Source: an uncultured Spirochaetota bacterium (GTDB lineage: Bacteria > Spirochaetota > Brevinematia > Brevinematales > JAOACQ01). Taken from it: a stretch of 64,000 nucleotides of DNA. The notes beneath the pieces were generated by a model that had not been told where the DNA came from, made no database searches, and saw nothing but the letters and a program-made list of their open reading frames with translations. The number at the start of each line of letters is the position of its first letter. Position 1 is the stretch's first letter. Made by a program: the position numbers and the translations under genes. Below are positions 50,122 through 57,990 of this stretch, in pieces. Where the stretch lies: positions 384,001 to 448,000 of the forward strand of contig CAVYGN010000002.1 in assembly GCA_963768055.1 (NCBI GenBank), given 5' to 3'.

Positions 50122-50955
50122 ATGAAGCCGATACGTTTTTCCATCGTTACAGTGGTTTTTAACGCCGCGAAAACCCTCGAACAAACCATAAAAAGCGTAA
50201 TTTCACAGGAATTTGAAAACTACGAGTATATAATAATCGACGGCGGATCGACTGATGGGACTCTCGATATTATAAAAAAATATGAAAATAATATCGCCTT
50301 CTGGTCAAGTGAAAGCGACAAAGGCATTTATGACGCCATGAATAAAGGCGCCTCGGCGGCAACGGGCGAGTTTTTAAACATGCTTAACTCGGGCGATTCA
50401 TACGCCCACCCCGGGGTTCTTAAAACTTACGACAGGGTTTTAAGCGAACATCCTGATGCGGTCTGGGCTTACGGACTGGCCGCCGTACACAGGGAGGACG
50501 GCACTCCTTATGAAAGGGAGGGCCGTCAGGCGATATTCGGCGACGGCAGGAACGACCGGTTTTATATGAGCCACATCTGCCACCAGGCTGTCTTTTATAA
50601 AAAGTCCCTCCACGATGAATTCGGTCCCTACGATCTTTCTTTCCCGATATCTGCGGACCATCACTTCATGCTGAAAATCTACCATAACGGGCATTTTAAG
50701 CCGGCAGAGATCGGCGAGATAACAATACGCTTCAGGAAAGGCGGCGCAAGCGAAACCCCGGGCGTCATAGAGGACGAAAAAAGGGCCGAGGACGCTGTAA
50801 TTGGAAAATCCTTAAGGAACGAATTCTCGGCTGTAAAAAAAAGGCTTAAGCTTGCGTTAAAGAATTTTAAAGACAGGCATGGATGGGCGGCTTCACTTCT
50901 TAAATTTTTCCGGAGGCTAAAAATAGCCGTCAGGCCTCATAATAAAGGGTTCTGA
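50122..50955 (+). CDS. GT2 glycosyltransferase (WfgS-like)
   Basis: SIVTVVFN, IDGGSTDGT, DKGIYDAMNKG, LNSGD, HQA. Confidence 0.92.
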   Translation: MKPIRFSIVTVVFNAAKTLEQTIKSVISQEFENYEYIIIDGGSTDGTLDIIKKYENNIAFWSSESDKGIYDAMNKGASAATGEFLNMLNSGDSYAHPGVLKTYDRVLSEHPDAVWAYGLAAVHREDGTPYEREGRQAIFGDGRNDRFYMSHICHQAVFYKKSLHDEFGPYDLSFPISADHHFMLKIYHNGHFKPAEIGEITIRFRKGGASETPGVIEDEKRAEDAVIGKSLRNEFSAVKKRLKLALKNFKDRHGWAASLLKFFRRLKIAVRPHNKGF

Positions 50956-52431
50956 TTTATCTCTATAACAGCTGAAATCCGAGGGATCGAGCTTATCGAA
51001 AAATGGCTGATAAATATTGCCCCTGTAAATAAATTCAAAGGGTTTCATCCTCATAATTTCACTGGGCAAAAGGACAGGCTTCTTCTGTTTATACCTCGTC
51101 CTCGACATAGCTCCTCCCGGCCCTGAAGTCCGGCTCTCTTCAATTGCTTCCTCTTCTCCGATAAGCCTGGATATGGTTTCGGCGGTCGTATTGTCGGCTA
51201 CCGAAAAATAGACATGGGTCGTGCAGGCGTTGATAATAGATTTTCTCCTGTGTTCCCCGTATAAATAATCGAGCTGAGAAAAATCCTGGACCGCTAGCCA
51301 GGCTGACGCCCCTTTTGAACGGCCGAAGGACAAAAGATTGACAAGGGTCGGAAGCTCGTGAAGAGTCCCCATCTCGTCTATAAGGAGGAAAATCCTCCTG
51401 TCAGGGTCTTCGGGAAACGCGAGTATTCCCCCGCTGATAATGTCGATAAAAAGAGTGAGCATAGGTCTTAGAATGTCCTGCAGGTCGGATTTATTTACAA
51501 CAAAAATAGTATTGTCCTTCCCGTCAGATAGCCAATCCGTTATTGAAAACCCTGCCTCTCCAGTATAAGCCATGTACTTGAAGAATTTTGTGAATTGGGT
51601 CAATGTGGCCATAATCCCGCCTGCCTGTGGGCTGTCCGGGGGAGATAAAAAATTTGCAGCGTTCGAGGAGATTTTATGGATATTTATTCTCGAACCGATT
51701 TCCGCCGGGCCAAGGGAGAGCATCTCGTTAAGCGCCCCGATCGACCCCTTGTTTTCAAGGCGCAGGCAATTAAGCATCGCGGCGAACACTTCGCGGGCGC
51801 CGTCCCTCCAGAATTTTTCATTGTTGCCCGTTTTTCCATGATTGTCCGGTATTACGGAAGCCGCTATGCGTTCCGCCATTACCACCCGGGCCGTCTCATT
51901 TCCCCTGAATTCGCTGTATATATCCCATTTTACGCTTCTTACGTCCAGGGGATTGAAGATGAGATCGTCCTTTTCATTGTAAAACTTTGAGACATAATCC
52001 CCCTTGAAATCATAAACGATCTTTTTGCAAGGCTTACCCCTGCAGGCCATGCTCTCCTTTTTAAGGCCACTCAGGATTTTATAAAAAGAAAGGGTCTTTC
52101 CTACCCCGGGCTTGCCTGTAAAGAAGAACCCCTTGGTCTCCTCTGAAACCGGTATAGGAATACCGCTTAATTCAAGAATTACGCCGCTTTTAAAATTTTT
52201 ATCTATGAATTTGATATATGAATTTTTGTCTCCAATCGCGGCCCCTTTCAGATGCCTGCTTTTCAAACGTCTTCCTGCACGGACTGCCGGAATAATACTT
52301 ATTAAGAGTATGGTCAGGAAAATGCCGGCGAAAACCAGCGCCATGACAAATAAATCACGCTGCACCGGGTTATAGCCCTGGAAGGGGCCGGAAATATTGC
52401 CCATGAAAATCGATGATAATCCCATATGCAA
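50917..52431 (-). CDS. type IV coupling protein, TrwB/TraD-like ATPase
   Basis: N-terminal TM; Walker A FTGKPGVGKT; VYDFKG, FNPLDVRS, FWRDGAR, Walker B LLIDEMG, GRSKG, VQDFSQL..YG, VLLPSEI. Confidence 0.92.
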   Translation of the reverse strand: MHMGLSSIFMGNISGPFQGYNPVQRDLFVMALVFAGIFLTILLISIIPAVRAGRRLKSRHLKGAAIGDKNSYIKFIDKNFKSGVILELSGIPIPVSEETKGFFFTGKPGVGKTLSFYKILSGLKKESMACRGKPCKKIVYDFKGDYVSKFYNEKDDLIFNPLDVRSVKWDIYSEFRGNETARVVMAERIAASVIPDNHGKTGNNEKFWRDGAREVFAAMLNCLRLENKGSIGALNEMLSLGPAEIGSRINIHKISSNAANFLSPPDSPQAGGIMATLTQFTKFFKYMAYTGEAGFSITDWLSDGKDNTIFVVNKSDLQDILRPMLTLFIDIISGGILAFPEDPDRRIFLLIDEMGTLHELPTLVNLLSFGRSKGASAWLAVQDFSQLDYLYGEHRRKSIINACTTHVYFSVADNTTAETISRLIGEEEAIEESRTSGPGGAMSRTRYKQKKPVLLPSEIMRMKPFEFIYRGNIYQPFFDKLDPSDFSCYRDKSEPFIMRPDGYF

Positions 52432-52498
52432 ATCCTTAAAAAAACTGACAATATTTTAATAATTCAAAACTATAATATCAAGAAACAAACGTCGAGCA

Positions 52499-52550
52499 TT
52501 ACCGCAGAGAAACAAAGGGCTTATCCCTGAGCCTGCGAATGGACACAGAG
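52499..52550. repeat. repeat family C copy
   Basis: TTACCGCAGAGAAACAAAGGGC..TCCCTGAGCC..CACAGAG; similar to the copies at 54241 and 54935. Confidence 0.55.
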
Positions 52551-52611
52551 GAAGAGTCCGCAAAGAAAGCAAAGGCCACTGAGATTCAAATTTCTTTATA
52601 TCAATTCAATT

Positions 52612-52640
52612 TTGACAATTATCACATCGTCCAATAGAAT
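52612..52640 (+). promoter_or_regulatory. sigma-70 promoter
   Basis: TTGACA-N17-TAGAAT upstream of the serine hydrolase gene. Confidence 0.7.
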
Positions 52641-52695
52641 ATTTTTTATTATTGTTTGTTATTTCAAATTCTTTAATAAAATATTGGACGGTGTT

Positions 52696-54234
52696 ATGAA
52701 AAAAATCTTTTATTTCCCCGCTATTTCGATTATTTTATTTTATTTTATTGCTTCTTGTTCCTCGGTAAAACCGGGGCAGAAAAGTTATGACTACTATCCC
52801 GGCAACATATGGCGCACATCCACCCCGGAAGCGCAGGGGATGGATTCGGGCCGCCTGGTAAAGATGCTCAATTACATACAATCGACTAACCTGGACATAC
52901 ACAGTATTATTATCATCCGGCATGGATATGTCGTCCTGGAGGCTTACGCGGCGCCTTTCGGAAGGGACGTTCCCCATGTTATTTATTCGTGCACTAAAAG
53001 CATTACATCGGCCCTGATAGGTATCGCCATCAAGGAGGGTTATATAAAAAATACGGATCAAAAGGTGCTGGACTTATTACCTGAAATTAAAGCAAAAAAC
53101 AAGGATAAGTCAAAAGAGGAAATATCTATCGATAACCTGCTGACTATGACATCCGGGCTGGATTGGACTGAATATTATGTATCATATTTCGGCACCAATA
53201 ATTTGAATCAAATGGAAAATTCAAAGAACTGGGTGGAATATGTCATAGACAGGCCTTTAAAAGAAAAGCCCGGCAAAGTTATTAATTATAATTCCGGAGA
53301 TTCTCATCTTTTATCGGCGATATTGTGTAAAACCACTGGCATGAAAACCTCCGAATTCGCGGAAAAGCATTTATTTAAACCGATCGGCATCAATAATTAT
53401 ATATGGCAAACCGATCCGCAGGGCATTAACAACGGAGGAACTGGAATGGCTTTGACCTCTATGGAAATGGCGAAATTCGGCTACCTTTTCTTAAAAAAAG
53501 GCATTTGGAATGGAAACCGGTTAATACCCGCCGGTTGGGTTGAAGCTTCCATGTCCAACCGTATCGATACAAGAAGAAGCCGTTACCCGTCTTTAGGGTA
53601 TAGTTACAAAGGATATGGATACGGATACCAGTGGTGGGAGCTGCCGTTCGGAGGATTTTCAGCGAAAGGGGCATTCGGTCAATATATCATGGTCATGCCT
53701 GAAAGAGACATGGTAGTAGTGTTTACTTCAGAAGATGGGGATTCGCCAGAAGTTTTAACTGAAGCGTTTATAAACAGTTCTATTATTTCAAACGGTAGTG
53801 TCCCTGAAAACCCGGATAAACAGGTTGAATTGTCGGCGGCGATCGGTAATTTCAATAATCCTGTAAACGGTAAGGAGTTTTTTTTCCCGGAAAACGCCTG
53901 GGAAATATCAGGTAAAAGATTTATAGGTACGAACGCCTCAGGGAATTTAACTGCCGTTATTCTTAGTTTCAGCGGGACAAACGAATGTATTTTAGAAACT
54001 GATTCACAGGGTAAAAATTCTAAAATATCAGTCGGATTAGACGGGAAATACAGGGATTTTTCACGCGGCAAATGGACAAGTATAAATACTTTCACCATAG
54101 AATTTTACTGGCCATGGATTTCCAGCAGTAAAGGCATATTTACATTACAATTTGATAAAAAAATTCTTAAAATGCAATTAGAATGGGCTACCCCCGGATT
54201 GAAGCAGGAGTTTACAGGGAAAATGGAAGAATAA
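52696..54234 (+). CDS. serine hydrolase lipoprotein (class C beta-lactamase/NylB-like superfamily)
   Basis: Start MKKIFY (52696), lipobox IASC; SxxK (SCTK), LLTMTSG, YNS, YGYQWW, AKGAFGQYI. Confidence 0.88.
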   Translation: MKKIFYFPAISIILFYFIASCSSVKPGQKSYDYYPGNIWRTSTPEAQGMDSGRLVKMLNYIQSTNLDIHSIIIIRHGYVVLEAYAAPFGRDVPHVIYSCTKSITSALIGIAIKEGYIKNTDQKVLDLLPEIKAKNKDKSKEEISIDNLLTMTSGLDWTEYYVSYFGTNNLNQMENSKNWVEYVIDRPLKEKPGKVINYNSGDSHLLSAILCKTTGMKTSEFAEKHLFKPIGINNYIWQTDPQGINNGGTGMALTSMEMAKFGYLFLKKGIWNGNRLIPAGWVEASMSNRIDTRRSRYPSLGYSYKGYGYGYQWWELPFGGFSAKGAFGQYIMVMPERDMVVVFTSEDGDSPEVLTEAFINSSIISNGSVPENPDKQVELSAAIGNFNNPVNGKEFFFPENAWEISGKRFIGTNASGNLTAVILSFSGTNECILETDSQGKNSKISVGLDGKYRDFSRGKWTSINTFTIEFYWPWISSSKGIFTLQFDKKILKMQLEWATPGLKQEFTGKMEE

Positions 54235-54240
54235 CCCCGA

Positions 54241-54276
54241 TCACCGCAAAAACGAAGGACACGGAGTCCCTGAACC
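54241..54276. repeat. repeat family C copy
   Basis: TCACCGCAAAAACGAAGGACACGGAGTCCCTGAACC, an imperfect direct repeat of 52499-52533. Confidence 0.55.
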
Positions 54277-54341
54277 AATAAACTTTGATTATTTCTTTAT
54301 TAGAGTTTAACATGTAATAAGACGGTCTCAAAGAGGTTATT

Positions 54342-54926
54342 ATGGGATTGGCGGCGGAAAAACAGAAACAGAAGTATTCTTATGCGGATTATCTGGGCTG
54401 GCCGGATGAAGAACGCTGGGAATTGATAGACGGGGTTGCCTTCGATATGAGCCCGGCGCCGTTTATCGAGCATCAAAGAATTGTGGTACTATTAAGTAAA
54501 ATTATAGCGACATACCTTGAAGGTAAGAAGTGTGAAGTTTTTGTTTCCCCTGTTGATGTTTATATGCCTGATCGGAAAGGCGATTTGGATGATATGATTG
54601 AAAATGTGGTACAGCCTGATGTTATTGTCGTTTGCGATCCGGAAAAAATAGAAAGACGGGGCATTCGGGGCGCACCAGATCTGGTCATTGAGGTCCTCTC
54701 GCCGAATACATCTAAAAGGGACTGGAACGAAAAATTCAATCTTTATGAAAAAACCGGGGTCAAAGAATACTGGATTGTCGATCCCTTGGGAAGGGTTATC
54801 CATCAGTATGTCTCTAAAAGTAACCGCTTTGAACTGATTAAAATGCACGAGGATAAAAGCACTGTCGAATCGCCCTCGATCGAGGGCTTGAAAGTGGAAT
54901 TATCAAAAATATTCCCGGGGCAATGA
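54342..54926 (+). CDS. Uma2-family (PD-(D/E)XK) endonuclease
   Basis: WELIDG..MSPAP..HQ, VQPD, GAPDLVIEVLSP, GVKEYWIVDP; own TTGATT-N17-TAACAT promoter at 54285-54313. Confidence 0.93.
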   Translation: MGLAAEKQKQKYSYADYLGWPDEERWELIDGVAFDMSPAPFIEHQRIVVLLSKIIATYLEGKKCEVFVSPVDVYMPDRKGDLDDMIENVVQPDVIVVCDPEKIERRGIRGAPDLVIEVLSPNTSKRDWNEKFNLYEKTGVKEYWIVDPLGRVIHQYVSKSNRFELIKMHEDKSTVESPSIEGLKVELSKIFPGQ

Positions 54927-54934
54927 CGGGGATA

Positions 54935-54959
54935 ACCGCAGAGACGGCTCCGCGGTGAA
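54935..54959. repeat. repeat family C hairpin; possible bidirectional terminator
   Basis: ACCGCAGAG-acgg-CTCCGCGGT (8/9 stem) between the convergent Uma2 and relaxase genes. Confidence 0.55.
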
Positions 54960-54971
54960 GTCCCAGTCCCC

Positions 54972-57734
54972 TTACATGCCAATTCCCCACTGCATGGACC
55001 TGCTCCTTTCAAGCGATTTTTCGTATCTGATCGACCGGCATTCTCTTTCGACGGCTTTTATCTTTTCAACAGCCATGAATTTGTTATTTTCATAAGAGAG
55101 TTTAAAATCGTTAAAATTTATCTCTTCCATTTTAGTTTTCACATATTCTATATTGTCTGTATAGATCCTCATTCCAGGTTTCAGAGATCTCAGGCAATTC
55201 TCGATTTCAGGCCCCAAATAAGGCCGTCCGGCACCGGCCCTTAGATCCAGAAGGACGTTTTTTCCTCGTTCCGAGATCGAATCCAGGCTCATAGCGGCGT
55301 AGGCATGATCGAAAAAGTTATGCTTTTTATAGTCGAATTCAATCGATCGCTGATTATCCAGAACGGCCCTTATTTTATTTTCTCCGATTTCTTTGACTAT
55401 AGCGCATTCGCCCCTCTTTATTCCCGTTTCGGCGGCGCTTTTTAAAAAAACAATCCTGTCTCCTCTGCCGAAATATGTTTCACGAAGTTCTTCAACCCTG
55501 TATTTCTTATAATCCTTCGAAGGGTTAATGACCGCATGACGGCGTGAAGAATCTATCGCCACTTTGACCGAAGAGGTTCCGGGATCGACATCAATAACGG
55601 TGCCGGTCTCACCCTTTTTCATACCCCTGACATTGTTAAGTGCGCTTATCCGTTGGCCCTTTTCGTAATTTCCAGAATCCTTTTTTAGACCAGCCTGACC
55701 CCCAAAGACGTCTCCGCTTCTTACAGCGATCCTTGCCGAATTTTCGACAGTTCCCGCCTTTTCCAGGTTCTCCCTGATAAAAAGATTCAATTCATTCTTC
55801 TCCCTCCAGGACCTTGTAAGGACCACGCTGTTTTGCGGGTCTTTTAAATAATCCCTGCAAATCGAGTACTTCAATTCCCCAGTTTTATAACCGGTTTTCA
55901 GCGATGCATTTTTTTCAAGCTTATACAGCGCACTTTCAGTTATTAAAGAGCTGTGTTCCCTGAGTTTCAGCAATTCATGCTCTGGAATTTTATAATGCCT
56001 TTCATGGCCGGTCACGTCGCCTGCAATATCGAATTTATTCAAGGCAAGGCAAAAATTTCTGAAATCCCTTCCCGCTTCCCTTCCCGTCCGATAAAATTCA
56101 CCGGTAAACACGATCTTGCTGTTCGCAAAGTCGGCCCTATCCATGATCTTTCCGATTTTCACAGGTCCGATAAGGTCAAGCCTGTCGGCTATATAAAGAG
56201 TCTTTTCACCGTTTTCCCGCCGGTTTTGAGATAAAAAGCGGTCGGGAGACAATACTTCAATATTGACCGCCGCTTCAAGGCTCCTTGCGTTCCTGCCGTC
56301 AGGGGCGATCAGTACCGTGTCATACCCCTTTTCCCTGTAGGCTCTTATTAATGCCGGAAGCAGAAAATAACGGTTCCCTGCCCCTTCGCTTTTCAGCAAA
56401 TCCATCCTGTCGCCCGATATCAGAAGTTCCCGGAAGGTTTTATTTTGTTCAGGAGTGAAGAAATAATCCGCGGCAGCTTTGCAGGCCCCATCCTCTTTGT
56501 ATTCGGGTTTGAAATCCTGCCTCCATTTCAGGGCATGCAGCAGGTTGTTCTTTTCGGTTTCAATTATGCCGGGGGTTGTATAAGCCGTATGGTATCCGCA
56601 CCCGATCCTGGCCTGCTTTTCTAATATTATCAGGTTCCTGTTATTATAAAAAGCCTTTTCAAGTTCTTTAATATCGAATTCCGCTTTTGAAAGACTGAGG
56701 GAATGGCTTAAAATATCCTTTTTACTGAAGAAACCCCTGGCCTGAGTAACCTCGTCAAGCGCCATTTGTATATATTTTTCAGGAGAATTCTCATGAATAT
56801 TTTTAAAGAGTTCTATCCCCCTGGATTCAGGTATGTCCCTTTCAGATTTTCCCATACCGGCCAGTTCTTTTTTCCATTCTGAAATTATTTTATCAAGGTC
56901 GACAGCCTTTTTCGGTTTTCTGGTATAAAGCATAATCGCTTTTTCAAGCCCCTTTGTGTTCCCTTTATTGATCTCATCCGCCGGGTTTATGCCCTTTGCC
57001 TCGAAATACCTCTTCAGTTTTTCTTTCATGTTCACAGTCCGCTTGGAAAATAAATCCCTGATTTTATTGTCCACTCCTTCAATTTGAGCGTAACCCTCTT
57101 TCGAGATGCCGGCGTCAAAACCATGCGATCTCATGGAACGGCATAATTGATTTTCATAAATCCGGCAGAGAAGTTTTCTGCAATCATAAACGTTCCTGTT
57201 TTCCATGGCCTTGAAGGAGCCCCCGGGAAGGCCTGTAATATTGAAAATTATTAAATGCGTATGCAATTGAGGATCGAGTTCCCTGCTTGTATTGTGTTCG
57301 AACTCTGTGTAAAGCATGTTGCCGGTACAGATTCGTTCTATTCCGGCCCTGCCATGATCGATCCTCGCAAGTATCAAATCCTTTTCAATATAACCGGCGA
57401 CACATTTCACTGCTTCCCTATGGGCTTCTATAATTTTTCTCCTGTCATCGGGGTTTTGACTTAAATAACACGAAAGGGCCACGCTTTTATCGGGTGAAAG
57501 GACTACATCCCGTCCGGGGTTATGTTTACCCGATATTCCAGGACGCACTAACATTTCTCCGTTTATATTTTTCCCGGCAACAATATTTTCAAAGGCTCCC
57601 CCTGAGATAAATTTCAGGCCCAGTTTATTCGATATTTCACCGCTGAATTCAACTTTCGGGGCGTTTTCACCAAGGTAATAATTATCCATTTCATATTTCT
57701 TCAATGTATTGTACATTTTGGAGATAGTCAGCAT
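54972..57734 (-). CDS. MOBF (TrwC/TraI-like) relaxase with degenerate helicase domain, 920 aa
   Basis: Start MLTISK at 57734 after AGGAG; YEMDNYY, DVVLSPDKSV, HREAV, FEHNTSRELDPQLHTHLIIFN, FSKRT; helicase-like C-terminal region with eroded motifs. Confidence 0.92.
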   Translation of the reverse strand: MLTISKMYNTLKKYEMDNYYLGENAPKVEFSGEISNKLGLKFISGGAFENIVAGKNINGEMLVRPGISGKHNPGRDVVLSPDKSVALSCYLSQNPDDRRKIIEAHREAVKCVAGYIEKDLILARIDHGRAGIERICTGNMLYTEFEHNTSRELDPQLHTHLIIFNITGLPGGSFKAMENRNVYDCRKLLCRIYENQLCRSMRSHGFDAGISKEGYAQIEGVDNKIRDLFSKRTVNMKEKLKRYFEAKGINPADEINKGNTKGLEKAIMLYTRKPKKAVDLDKIISEWKKELAGMGKSERDIPESRGIELFKNIHENSPEKYIQMALDEVTQARGFFSKKDILSHSLSLSKAEFDIKELEKAFYNNRNLIILEKQARIGCGYHTAYTTPGIIETEKNNLLHALKWRQDFKPEYKEDGACKAAADYFFTPEQNKTFRELLISGDRMDLLKSEGAGNRYFLLPALIRAYREKGYDTVLIAPDGRNARSLEAAVNIEVLSPDRFLSQNRRENGEKTLYIADRLDLIGPVKIGKIMDRADFANSKIVFTGEFYRTGREAGRDFRNFCLALNKFDIAGDVTGHERHYKIPEHELLKLREHSSLITESALYKLEKNASLKTGYKTGELKYSICRDYLKDPQNSVVLTRSWREKNELNLFIRENLEKAGTVENSARIAVRSGDVFGGQAGLKKDSGNYEKGQRISALNNVRGMKKGETGTVIDVDPGTSSVKVAIDSSRRHAVINPSKDYKKYRVEELRETYFGRGDRIVFLKSAAETGIKRGECAIVKEIGENKIRAVLDNQRSIEFDYKKHNFFDHAYAAMSLDSISERGKNVLLDLRAGAGRPYLGPEIENCLRSLKPGMRIYTDNIEYVKTKMEEINFNDFKLSYENNKFMAVEKIKAVERECRSIRYEKSLERSRSMQWGIGM

Positions 57735-57753
57735 AGGAACTCCTGCAAAATAA

Positions 57754-57787
57754 ATTATATTATACCAATATATTGTTGTCAATATAT
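57754..57787 (-). promoter_or_regulatory. perfect-consensus sigma-70 promoter of the relaxase with overlapping inverted repeats
   Basis: Minus strand TTGACA (57782-77)-N17-TATAAT (57759-54); IR ATATATTG-ttgt-CAATATAT at 57768-57787. Confidence 0.8.
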
Positions 57788-57808
57788 ATCCGGTAATATT
57801 ATTCAAGA

Positions 57809-57928
57809 TGTCATTCCGTGCGGAGCGTTTATCCTGTAAGGGAGAAATCTTCTTTCGTATGATCAACCCAAATCAGGATTTCTCGCCGTCCAATCCCTAT
57901 TAAAGGGGCCGGACTTCACGAAATGACA
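57809..57928. repeat. palindromic repeat family B, full copy
   Basis: TGTCATTCCGTG / CACGAAATGACA (11/12); internal GAGAAATC/GATTTCTC stem; shares AGCGTTTATC with the 38038 copy. Confidence 0.85.
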
Positions 57929-57990
57929 ATTGAGAGAAATATTCCACAAACCGTCCCCTGCTGCCGATAATTATGCTTCAGGAAAATAAT

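Noticed and set aside
52696..54234. Calling the serine hydrolase an antibiotic-resistance beta-lactamase
   Set aside because: SxxK is present, but YNS and AKG replace the AmpC YxN and KTG motifs, which fits the broad esterase/amidase group; the substrate cannot be inferred.
57735..57866. 44-aa N-terminal extension of the relaxase in the ORF track
   Set aside because: It runs through the promoter and a family B repeat. MOBF relaxases start at ML(S/T)I, and the ATG at 57734 has an AGGAG RBS.
20711..57928. CRISPR array interpretation of the repeats
   Set aside because: The repeats are dispersed single palindromes, not regularly spaced direct repeats, and there are no cas genes.
57963..57970. 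GCCGATAA (sigma-28 -10 consensus) upstream of ispE
   Set aside because: There is no TAAA/TCAA-like -35 at 14-16 nt spacing.
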